DNA of 64,000 bases, taken from assembly GCA_963699245.1 (NCBI GenBank), contig OY969426.1, positions 1,326,316 through 1,390,315 on the forward strand. The letters run 5' to 3'. This DNA is from Thermoanaerobaculia bacterium. Its GTDB lineage: Bacteria; Acidobacteriota; Thermoanaerobaculia; Multivoradales; JAGPDF01. The notes under the pieces are model-generated. The model was not told the origin of the DNA, did no database searches, and was given only the letters and a program-made list of their open reading frames with translations. Shown here in pieces: positions 9,078 to 17,723 of the stretch. Both the position numbers and the translations under genes were made by a program. Within the stretch, counting starts at the first letter, position 1, and every line of letters starts with the position of its first letter.

Positions 9078-10471
9078 GAATCTTCCTTCCCCTTGTCGAC
9101 CGACCACTTCAATCCGGCGAGCAGGCTCAGTTCCTTGTTGACTTCGCCCCGGAACTCGGGCCGGTTCGCCCAGACGAGGGAGACGGCGAGGCTGGAGCCG
9201 CCAGCGAGCTTCTCGACCGTCTTGTTGAGCGCCTGGGTCCAGGTCGCGGTGGCCACGAACCGGCTCTGGCGGCGCTCGTCGTCGGTCTGGTCGTACTTCG
9301 CCTCCAGGTCGAATCTCGTTCGGTGGTTGATCGACAGCACCTGCCCATAGATCAGCTTGGCGCTGTAAATGTCGTCGGTCGGCAGGCTGATATCGAGCTC
9401 GGTGCCCGGAACGACGAACGAATAATTCCGAGTCCGTGACCACTCGCCGATGAAGGTCAGTCGCGGTTGCCGTTCCGCCCAGGCCGGCTTGCCGTCGAGA
9501 TATCGCATGAGGTCTCCGGCAGTGCGGAGGCGGCTGCCGCCTTCGCAGCTGCCCTCGCAGAACCCTTTGAGACTCTTGATGCCGTACTCATAGCGGACGC
9601 TTGCAGCGGCGACGTCTGGTCCCGCCGCGCCGACCCGCCGGCGATAGGAGAGCGCTACAGAGCCGACCGAATCGTTGTCCTCGAGCATGGGAAGCGTCTC
9701 GATCAGCCTTGCGTCCATCGCTTCTCCAAGCGCAACGATTTGCACGTCCTTCGGATCTGCTTCCCTGATCGCCTGCCGCGCTGCCTCCCGGCTGTCGGCA
9801 GAGCTCTCGAAAGGCGCCGACTCCTGGAAAGTTGGTCGACTGCTGGACTGCAGCTGGGCGTCATCCCGGCTCTGGCGCTCGCGGTGGGCGATGGTGATCG
9901 AGTTCTTCACAATCTGCCGGGCCACTCTGGCGACGGAGAGCTCCGACGTCTCGGGCTTCTTGCTGCTCCAGAGGATCGCCACCTCGACGTCGTCGAGATC
10001 GTCTAATCCACCCTCGAGAGCCTTGGCTGCATCGGCTCGTTCGCCTTCCGGAAGCGTCTGGATCCCCTCGACGACCGGCGCATAGAGCTGCGACTTCCTC
10101 ACGACGACCTTCGACGAGAGCATGCCCTTCTTGACCAGTTCTTCTCCCCATCTCGGATTGAAGTTGAAGGTGATCTGACCGTTGTCGTCCTCCACCGCGC
10201 CAAGATCGAGCGCCACGAAGAAGCGCTTCGCGAGGTCGAGCTTGCCGCCCCCGAAACCGTCGCTGTTCGCGGTCTCCGCGATCTTGTGGAACTCAGCGGT
10301 CGCTCGCAGAGCAAACTCCTCCTGCAGCGCGGCCGAAATTCGCAACTCGTCGCCGGAAATCACGTCCTCAGTCGCCTCGTCCGAGGGAGTGTCCGCCGCT
10401 CGAACGGGCGCGGAGTGGACAAGCCAGCATCCACACCACAGCAGCAACGAAACTCGGACCACTCGGAACAT
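9074..10471 (-). CDS. Secreted hypothetical protein (466 aa) with a K/S/N/I-rich, low-GC-like composition
   Basis: Internal start MFRVVRVSLLLWCGCWLVHSAPVRA (signal peptide) at aa 34 of ORF 9074..10570. No domain was recognised. It is the first gene of the four-gene operon. Confidence 0.6.
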   Translation of the reverse strand: MFRVVRVSLLLWCGCWLVHSAPVRAADTPSDEATEDVISGDELRISAALQEEFALRATAEFHKIAETANSDGFGGGKLDLAKRFFVALDLGAVEDDNGQITFNFNPRWGEELVKKGMLSSKVVVRKSQLYAPVVEGIQTLPEGERADAAKALEGGLDDLDDVEVAILWSSKKPETSELSVARVARQIVKNSITIAHRERQSRDDAQLQSSSRPTFQESAPFESSADSREAARQAIREADPKDVQIVALGEAMDARLIETLPMLEDNDSVGSVALSYRRRVGAAGPDVAAASVRYEYGIKSLKGFCEGSCEGGSRLRTAGDLMRYLDGKPAWAERQPRLTFIGEWSRTRNYSFVVPGTELDISLPTDDIYSAKLIYGQVLSINHRTRFDLEAKYDQTDDERRQSRFVATATWTQALNKTVEKLAGGSSLAVSLVWANRPEFRGEVNKELSLLAGLKWSVDKGKEDS

Positions 10472-10663
10472 GATCGCCCCCTGCCGGCCAGCGCTCGAAC
10501 CGCGAGCATTCGTTGCTCGGGCGGCGCCAGAACCTGCTTGACCGGTGTCCTCCTTGGACGGACTCACCACGCCCCTTCCACCCCGGAAAATCCCCCTTTC
10601 GTCACGACCAGTCGGTACCCCTTACTTATTAGACGAACGGCGAAGCCAAACCGAACAGATTTC

Positions 10664-10692
10664 TTGACCGGAACCCGGGGCGGACTTACGAT
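10664..10692 (+). promoter_or_regulatory. Candidate promoter for the ECF sigma gene (TTGACC-N17-TACGAT); an ECF-like GGAACC element lies immediately after the -35 box
   Basis: ttcTTGACCggaacccggggcggactTACGATccg, followed by AAGGAGG at 10711-10717 and GTG at 10724. Confidence 0.4.
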
Positions 10693-10723
10693 CCGCAGCG
10701 ATCTGGGGGAAAGGAGGCAGGCG

Positions 10724-11314
10724 GTGGCGGCCGGCAGGCGGACGGCGGGGGCTCGCGCCCCGCGACGGAGGGGGTTGGCCGGGCTGGCGGAGCTCTCTCC
10801 CCTGCTCGAGCGACTGCTCCCCTCCATCCGCGCCTGGGCCCATGGCCGCCTGCCGAACGGAGCGCGCAGCCGGATCGAGACCGGCGACCTCGTGCAGGAA
10901 GCGGCGGTCGGCGCCCTGCAGCACCTGCCGGACGAGCGGCTCGCCTGCCCGGCGACCCTCCGCAGCTACATCCAGACCTCGATCCAGAACCGCATCGTCG
11001 ACGAGCTGCGGCGCGCCGGCCGGGTCGAGACGTCGGATCCCGAGGCCGAGACGCGCGCCCTCGACACCGCGCCGTCGCCGCTCGAGGCCGTCATCGACGC
11101 CGAGGACCGGCACCGCTTCCGCGCCGCGCTGGCGGACCTCGACAACGACGAACAGATGCTGGTCGTCGGCCGCGTCGAGCTCGGCTACTCCTACCGGCGG
11201 CTCGCGCTGGCGACCGGCCGCGCCACCGCCGACGCGGCGCGCGTCGCCACCCAGCGCGCCGTCCTCCACCTGGCGCGCCTGATGGGCCGCCACCGCGCGC
11301 AGCCGCGCGCCTGA
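10724..11314 (+). CDS. ECF-family RNA polymerase sigma factor (sigma-70 regions 2 and 4)
   Basis: A GTG start with AAGGAGG 7 nt upstream. The sequence …LLERLLPSIRAWAHGRL…DLVQEAAVGALQHL…LRSYIQTSIQNRIVDELRR… (region 2) has a C-terminal HTH (region 4). The upstream part of ORF 10286..11314 is non-coding-like. Confidence 0.8.
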   Translation: MAAGRRTAGARAPRRRGLAGLAELSPLLERLLPSIRAWAHGRLPNGARSRIETGDLVQEAAVGALQHLPDERLACPATLRSYIQTSIQNRIVDELRRAGRVETSDPEAETRALDTAPSPLEAVIDAEDRHRFRAALADLDNDEQMLVVGRVELGYSYRRLALATGRATADAARVATQRAVLHLARLMGRHRAQPRA

Positions 11315-11341
11315 GCCCCCGACCGAGCGCCGGCCGGGTCC

Positions 11342-13753
11342 ATGATCGGAGAACAGCTCGGGCACTACCGCATCCTCGACCGGCTTGGCGCCGGCGGCAT
11401 GGGAGAAGTCTGGCTGGCCGAGGATCTCGAGCTCGGGCGCAAGGTCGCCATCAAGACCCTGCGCCGCGACGTCGCGGCGACGCCGACCCAGCGGGCGCGC
11501 TTCGAGCGCGAGGCGCGCTCCGTCGCGGCGCTCAATCACCCCAACATCGTCACGCTGTACAGCGTCGAGGAGGCCGAAGGCCTTCGCTTCCTCGTCATGG
11601 AGTACGTCGAGGGGGTGCGCCTCGGCGACCGCATCCCCAGCGGCGGCCTGCCGCCGGGCGAGGCGCTCAAGCTGGGCGCCGCGATCGCCGACGCGCTCGC
11701 CGCCGCGCACGCGCACGGCATCGTTCACCGCGATCTCAAGCCGGGCAACGTGCTGCTGGCGCCCGACGGCCGCGTCAAGGTCGTCGACTTCGGCCTGGCG
11801 CGCGCGCTCGGATCCGACGCCGCGCCGTTCCGGGGGAGCCGCGGCGAGACCACGCTGACCCAGGAGGGCGTGGCGCTCGGCACCCTGAACTACATGTCTC
11901 CCGAGCAGCTCGAAGGAGCGACGGTCGATCACAGGTCCGATCTCTTCTCGCTCGGGGTCGTCCTCCACGAGATGATCACCGGCCAGGTGCCCTTCGCCGG
12001 CGACTCGGCGGTGCGGGTGATCTCGGCCATCCTGCGCGACCGCCCCGACCGCGTCGACGTGGCATCGCGCCACATCCCCCCGTCGGTGGCGGACCTCGTC
12101 GAGCGCCTGCTCGCCAAGGATCCGGCCGATCGCCCTGCCACCGCGGCCGAGGCGCGCGACATCCTCCTCGACGCTCTGCGCCTGATCGGCGCCGCGACGA
12201 CGGCGACCGACCTGCCGCGCACGCTCGGCCGCCGCGGCCCGCAGGGATCAGCGGCACGGCGCCGGCGGCGCGCGACCGTCGCGGCGACGCTCGCCCTCCC
12301 CCTGCTCGGCCTCGCGCTCTGGCTCGGCCGCTCGCGCCTCCACGGCGGGGAGCCCGCCCCCGGCAGCGCCGCCGCGCCGCCCGCGATCGCCGTGCTGCCG
12401 CTGGCGAATTTCTCGGGCGATCCCGACTTCTTCGTCGACGGCATGACCGACGGGCTGATCGGCGCGCTGGCGCGCGTCGAAGGGCTGCGCGTCATCTCGC
12501 GCCAGTCGGTCATGCGCTACAAGGGCTCCGACAAGCGACTGCCCGAGATCGCCAAGGAGCTCGGCGTCGACTACATCGTCGAGGCCTCGCTCCGCCGCGA
12601 GGCCGGGCGCCTGCGCGTCCAGGCGCAGCTTTTCCGCCCGGCGCCGGAAGAGCAGCTCTGGAGCGACGCCTTCGAGCGCCCCGAGCCGGAGGTGCTGGCG
12701 CTGCATGCCGACGTCGCCCGTGCGGTCGCCGGCGCCGTCCACGTCGTCATCCCGGCCACCCTCGCCGTTCGCTTCGAAACGGCCCGCTCCGTCGAGCCGG
12801 CGGTCTACGAGGCCTACCTGCGCGGCCGCCACCTGGTCGAGGAGTCGCGGCCCGAGAGCCTCCAGCAGGCGCGAGATGCCTTCGACGAGGCGCTCGAGCC
12901 GGATCCGAAGTTCGCCCCGGCGCACGCCGGCCTCGCCAGCGCCTTCGGGTTGCTCGCCTACCTCTTCCAGGAGCCCGCCGCGAACGCCTCCCGTCAGGAG
13001 GCGGAGGCGCTCAAGGCGATCGAGCTCGATCCCGACCTCGCCGAGGCCTACGTCGAGCTCGGCGACCTGCAGCGCTACTTCCGCTGGGACTGGAGCGCCA
13101 GCGAGACGAGCTACCGCCGCGCGCTGGCGATCGACCCGAACAGCGCCGCCGCGCACCGCGGGCTCTGGGGCCTGCTGGCGAGCCTGGGCCGGCTCGCCGA
13201 GGCGCGGCTCGAGATCGAGCGCGCCCGCCAGCTCGACCCGCTCTCGGCGGCGATCGAGAACGATCTCGGCTACCAGGCGATCTTCGAGCTCAAGCTCACT
13301 CTCGCGAAGGTCGCGTTCCGCCGCGCTCTCGAGCTCGACCCCGCCTTCCCCTCGGCCCACGGCGGCCTCTGGCTGGTCGCCGATCTCGAGCGCGACGATC
13401 CGGCGCGCACGCAGGAGATGCTGCTCTGGCTCGACGGCATGGGCTACGGCTGGGCCGCGGACGCCGCCCGCGGCGACGGCAAGCCGCGGGCCTACCGTGA
13501 AGCGGCGCGCGACGCGGCGCTCGCGCTCGCGGCGCGGCGCTCGGGCCAGCGCATCTCTCTCGGCGTCGGCGGCGCGCTGCTGGCGAGCGCCGGCGAGCTC
13601 GACGTCGCCGCGGCCTGGCTGCGCCAGGGCTACGAGGAGCGCGACCCCGAGCTCGTCTGGCTCGCCCTGGATCCCTCCTGGCGGGCGCTGCGCGCCTCGG
13701 AGAGCTTCAGGACGATGGTGGCCGCGATGAAGCTGCAGCCTCGTGACCGCTAG
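11342..13753 (+). CDS. Ser/Thr protein kinase with a C-terminal TPR-repeat domain
   Basis: YRILDRLGAGGMGEVWLAED…AIKTL…HRDLKPGNVLL…DFGLA (Hanks kinase motifs). A transmembrane segment is followed by TPR-like repeats. Confidence 0.85.
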   Translation: MIGEQLGHYRILDRLGAGGMGEVWLAEDLELGRKVAIKTLRRDVAATPTQRARFEREARSVAALNHPNIVTLYSVEEAEGLRFLVMEYVEGVRLGDRIPSGGLPPGEALKLGAAIADALAAAHAHGIVHRDLKPGNVLLAPDGRVKVVDFGLARALGSDAAPFRGSRGETTLTQEGVALGTLNYMSPEQLEGATVDHRSDLFSLGVVLHEMITGQVPFAGDSAVRVISAILRDRPDRVDVASRHIPPSVADLVERLLAKDPADRPATAAEARDILLDALRLIGAATTATDLPRTLGRRGPQGSAARRRRRATVAATLALPLLGLALWLGRSRLHGGEPAPGSAAAPPAIAVLPLANFSGDPDFFVDGMTDGLIGALARVEGLRVISRQSVMRYKGSDKRLPEIAKELGVDYIVEASLRREAGRLRVQAQLFRPAPEEQLWSDAFERPEPEVLALHADVARAVAGAVHVVIPATLAVRFETARSVEPAVYEAYLRGRHLVEESRPESLQQARDAFDEALEPDPKFAPAHAGLASAFGLLAYLFQEPAANASRQEAEALKAIELDPDLAEAYVELGDLQRYFRWDWSASETSYRRALAIDPNSAAAHRGLWGLLASLGRLAEARLEIERARQLDPLSAAIENDLGYQAIFELKLTLAKVAFRRALELDPAFPSAHGGLWLVADLERDDPARTQEMLLWLDGMGYGWAADAARGDGKPRAYREAARDAALALAARRSGQRISLGVGGALLASAGELDVAAAWLRQGYEERDPELVWLALDPSWRALRASESFRTMVAAMKLQPRDR

Positions 13754-13777
13754 GCCGCCAAGCCCGGCGGCCCGGGA

Positions 13778-14032
13778 TCACTTCTTCTTCTTCGGCGGCA
13801 CTGCCGTCTGGATGATAGTCGCCAGGAAGCTCTTGATGATGGCCGCTTTCGCCGCGTCCTGCCCCAGGTACTCGCGGATCGCCTTCTCGTCGCCCGACGC
13901 GAGGAGCTCCTGCTCCTTCGCGGAGAGCTTGGCGCCCTTCATCGTCTTGCGCGCGTCTTTCTCGAAACGCGCTTTCACCTTCGGCTCGCCGTAGAGTCGC
14001 ACCAGCAACTTCACGAGGTCCCGCTTCGCCAT
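13778..14032 (-). CDS. Small Lys-rich hypothetical protein (84 aa), LigA-subunit-like / Nif11-like helical motif
   Basis: MAKRDLVKLLVRLYGEPKVKARFEKDARKTMKGAKLSAKEQELLASGDEKAIREYLG…PPKKKK; GGGAGGAGAGG lies upstream of the ATG. The start is internal to ORF 13778..14212. Confidence 0.5.
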   Translation of the reverse strand: MAKRDLVKLLVRLYGEPKVKARFEKDARKTMKGAKLSAKEQELLASGDEKAIREYLGQDAAKAAIIKSFLATIIQTAVPPKKKK

Positions 14033-14864
14033 GTCCTCTCCTCCCGTGCGCCGAGGTGTAGCCCCGCGCCCTCCTCGCCGCGCCAGTGGGCAGCGGGGCC
14101 GCCTGACGATCGTCGGCAGCGGCATCGCCGGGCCGGGACAGGTGACGACCGAAGCGCTGGCGGAGATCCGCGCCGCGCAGAAGGTCTTCGTCCTCGTCGC
14201 CGATCCGCTCACGCGCGAATGGCTGCGGACGCTGCGCCCGCGCGCCGAGTCGCTCGCCGACGCCTACGCGCCCGGCCGGCCGCGCTGGGAGTCCTACGAG
14301 GAGATGGTGGAGCGGATGCTGGCGCCGGTGCGCCGCGGACGCGCGGTCTGCGCCGTCTTCTACGGCCACCCCGGCGTCTTCGCCTCGCCGCCGCACGAAG
14401 CCGTGCGCCGCGCCCGCGCCGAGGGCTACCCGGCGCGCATGCTCCCCGGCGTCTCGGCCGAGGACTGCCTGTTCGCCGATCTCGGGCTCGATCCGGGCGA
14501 TCGCGGCTGCCAGAGCTTCGAGGCGACCGATTTCCTGCTGCGCCGCCGCCGCTTCGATCCGACCAGCCTGCTGGTGCTCTGGCAGGTCGGGCTGGTCGGC
14601 GTCGAGGACGTGCGCGCCACGTCGCTCTGGAGCGCCGCCGGCCTCGGGGTCCTGATCGAGACGCTGCTCGAGTCCTATCCGCCGGAGCACGAGGTCGTCG
14701 TCTACGAGGCTTCCACCTTGCCGACCGTGCCGCCGAAGCGGCAGCGCGTCGCGCTGGCCGGCCTCGCCGGCGCGGCGGTCTCGGCAGTCTCCACGCTCTG
14801 CGTGCCGCCGCTCGGCGAGCGCGCGACCGACCTCGCGATGGCGCGGCGGCTCGGGCTCGCCTGA
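14031..14864 (+). CDS. Tetrapyrrole (corrin/porphyrin) methylase-family SAM-dependent methyltransferase
   Basis: …RLTIVGSGIAGPGQVTTEALAEIRAAQKVFVLVADP… is the TP-methylase N-terminal signature. The listed ATG overlaps the divergent small gene's ATG (CATG); the true start may be the in-frame GTG at 14046. Confidence 0.65.
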   Translation: MSSPPVRRGVAPRPPRRASGQRGRLTIVGSGIAGPGQVTTEALAEIRAAQKVFVLVADPLTREWLRTLRPRAESLADAYAPGRPRWESYEEMVERMLAPVRRGRAVCAVFYGHPGVFASPPHEAVRRARAEGYPARMLPGVSAEDCLFADLGLDPGDRGCQSFEATDFLLRRRRFDPTSLLVLWQVGLVGVEDVRATSLWSAAGLGVLIETLLESYPPEHEVVVYEASTLPTVPPKRQRVALAGLAGAAVSAVSTLCVPPLGERATDLAMARRLGLA

Positions 14865-14873
14865 CCCGAAGGG

Positions 14874-16123
14874 CTACTTCGCGACGGCGGCAAGAATCTC
14901 GTCGAGCTGCGCGAGTCCCTGCCGCAGGTCGTCGAGCTCGACCACGAGCGGCGGAGCCAGGAAGAGAAGATTCTGCGACGCGGCGAGGTGGAGTCCTTCG
15001 GCGAGGGCGCGCTGCTTGATCGCTGCCGCGGCGAAGCCTTCGTCGAACTCGACGCAGCCGTAGAGACCGCGCGAGCGGACGTCGCGAATCGCCGGATGGC
15101 GCCGTGCCGCCGCCGCGAGCCACTCGGCGAGCAGCGCGGCGGCGGGGCGCGAGCGCGCCAGCAGGTCGCCGTCGGCGAAGGCGCGCAGGTTTCCTTCGAG
15201 CGCCGCCAGCGCCAGCGGATGCGCGGTGTGGGTGAGGCCGGTGACCAGCGCCCGGTCGTCGAAGCGGCGCGCGACGCGCTCGTCGACCGCCACCGCGGCG
15301 AGCGGCGCGTGACCGGAGGTGATCCCCTTGCCCATCGTCACCAGGTCGGGGCGGACGCCGTAGGCCTCGAACGCGAACATCGTGCCGGTGCGGCCGAAGC
15401 CGGTCAGCACCTCGTCGAGGATCAGCAGCGCGCCGTGGCGGTCGCAGAGTTCGCGCACCCGCCGGTAGTAATCGGCGGGGGGAAGTAGGCGCCGCGCGTG
15501 CCGGGCACCGTCTCCATCAGCACCGCGGCGACGCTCTCCGGGCCCGCGGCGTGCAGCGCGCCCTCGACCTCGTCGACGCACGGGCGAGCGCAGACTTCGG
15601 GGCGCGTCCCCCAGGGACAGCGGAAGCAGAAGGGGTCGCGCACCCGCACGACGCCCGGCAGCTTCGGAAAGAGCGGCAGGCCGCGCGGATCGTCGGAGTA
15701 CGACAGCGCGCCGAGCGTCGCGCCATGGTACGAGCGCTGGCGCGCCAGGACCTTGCTGCGGCCGGTGGCGAGCATGGCGATCTTGATCGCGTGCTCGTTG
15801 GCGTCGGCGCCGCCGAGAGTGAAGAGGATGCGGTCGAGGCCGGGCGGCAGGACCGCGGCGAGGGCGCGGGCGGCGCGCTCGCGCACCGCCGGCTCCATCG
15901 CGGGGCCGGCGACCGCCAGGGTGTCGATCTGCGCGCGCAGCGCGGCGAGGATCGCCGGATGCTGCCAGCCAGCGTTGGCGCTGAAGACGACCGAGGCGAG
16001 ATCGAAGAAGCGGCGCCCCTCGTCGTCCCAGAACCAGGCGCCTTCGCCGCCGGCGACGCGGATCGGCGACAGGGCGGCTTGCGCCGTCCAGGTGAAGAGG
16101 GAATGCCGTTCGGGAGTGACCAA
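14874..16123 (-). CDS. Class III (omega/acetylornithine-type) PLP aminotransferase, with an apparent frameshift in the assembly
   Basis: The N-terminal part in frame of ORF 15422..17698 (…FFDLASVVFSANAGWQHP…) and the C-terminal part in ORF 14874..15581 (…LLILDEVLTGFGRTG…TMGKG…) join at a G6 run (15477-15482). Adding one base restores …GAYFPPADYYRRVRELCD…. The TTG start is at 16123. Confidence 0.65.
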
Positions 16124-16149
16124 GGGCTCGCTCGCGCGCTCGCCGGGGG

Positions 16150-17698
16150 TCAGCTGCGCACGACCGTCTGGCTCTGCTCGCGCAGGAACTGCTGCACGTA
16201 GTAGGGGCCGCAGCCTCCCTTGCCGGTCGAGCCCGAGGCCTTCCAGCCGCAGAACGACTGCACGCCCGGCCAGGCGCCGGTGGTGGCGCCGGTGGCGCGG
16301 TTGGCGTAGCAGACGCCGGCCTCGATGCGGTCGAAGAAGTCCTCGATCTCGTGCTCGTCCTCGCTGAAGATGCCGGCGGTCAGCCCGTACTCGCTCTTGT
16401 TGGCGCGCGCGATCGCCTCGTCGAAACCGGCGACCTTGACCACCGACAGGAAGGGCACGAAGAGCTCGTCGCGCAGCAGGCGGGAGCCCTCGGGCAGCCG
16501 GTCGACCACCGCCGGGCGCACGAACCAGCCGGGCGGCAGCCCCGGCGGCAGCGGCTCGCTGCCGGTCAGGATGCGGCCGCTCCGGCGCGCCTCGCCGAGC
16601 GCCTCGCGCCAGGTGCGCACCGCGCGCTCGTTGATCAGCGGGCCGAGGTAGGTGTCGCGCTCCGCCGGGTCGCCGATCACGAAGCCGCGCACCGTCTCGA
16701 CCAGCCGCTCGAGGAACTCGTCGTAGACCGCGGCCTCGACGAAGACGCGCGAGCAGGCGCTGCACTTCTGGCCGCCGTAGCCGACCGCCGAGCGCGCCAC
16801 GCCGGAGGCCGCCTTGGCGAGGTCGGCGCGCGCGGTGACGATCGCCGGGTTCTTGCCACCCAGCTCGGCGATCACCGGCTTCGGGTACTCCTTCCAGAAG
16901 CCGCGCAGGAGCTGGAAGCCGACCTCGCTTCGAGCCGGTGAAGACGAGGCCGTCGAAGCCGAGGTCGAGGAAGGCGCGGCCGAGCGTGGCGCCCGATCCG
17001 GTGACCAGGTTGAAGACCCCCGGCGGAAGGAACTCGCCGAGGATCTCGGCGAGGCGGAGGCCGGTCAGCGAGGCGTCCTCCGCCGGCTTGAAGACCACCG
17101 TGTTGCCGCCGGCGAGGGCGCCCGCCGACATGCCGGCGGCGAGCGCCAGCGGGAAGTTGAACGGCGCGATGACCCCCCAGACGCCGAGCGGGCGCAGCAC
17201 CGAGCGGGTCTCTTCGCCCGGGAGGAGCTTGCCCAGCGGGCGCACGAAGCCGTCGGCGTCCTCGACCTGCTGGCAGTAGTAGCGCAGCAGGTCGGCGGCC
17301 TCCTCGGCGTCGCCCCAGGCTTCGAGGCGGTTCTTGCCGACTTCGAGCGTCATCAGCCCGGCCAACTCGGCGGCGCGCTGCGAGATGCGGTCGGCGGCCT
17401 CGCGCAGCTTGGCGATGCGATAGCGCCAGCTCGTCGCCGCCCACCCCGGATAGGCCGCCCGCGCCGCTTCGAGCGCGCGCCGCACGTCCGACGGCGCGCC
17501 CGCCGCGAAGCGCCCGACGAGCAGCGTCGGGTCGGTCGGCGAGCGGTCGTCGTGCCGCAGGCCGCGCCAGGGCTCGGCCTTGCCGCCGATGAGCAGGCCG
17601 TGCGCGCCGCCGAGGGCGGTGCGCGCCGTCTGCAGGCCCCCCTCGTAGGCGGCGTTCGCTTCGGCGTTGCCGGCCATCGTCACGTAGGTGATCTTCAT
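16150..17698 (-). CDS. NAD(P)-dependent aldehyde dehydrogenase, with an apparent frameshift in the assembly
   Basis: The N-terminal part (MKITYVTMAGN…GLVFTGS) is in ORF 15422..17698 and the C-terminal part (…VIAELGGKNPAIV…GQKCSACSRV…) in ORF 16150..16875. They join by -1 at about 16929, giving FTGSSEVGFQLLRGFWKEYPKPVIAELGGK. Confidence 0.7.
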
Positions 17699-17723
17699 GC
17701 GCCATCCTCTCCGTGCGCCGCGC

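Noticed and set aside
12248-13360. 370-aa minus-strand ORF inside the Ser/Thr kinase gene
   Set aside because: An antisense shadow ORF; the kinase frame carries all the conserved motifs.
14209-15123. Overlapping ORFs 14209..15123(-) and 14219..15019(+), both Arg-rich
   Set aside because: They overlap the TP-methylase and aminotransferase genes and have poly-Arg/Ala composition.
14874-17698. Interpreting the split aminotransferase and aldehyde dehydrogenase genes as two true pseudogenes, or as a single 758-aa fusion ORF (15422..17698)
   Set aside because: Each break restores a canonical sequence with a 1-nt change, one of them in a G6 run. The essential obg gene shows the same kind of break, so assembly error is the simpler explanation. 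The 758-aa ORF is a chimera of two genes' alternate frames.
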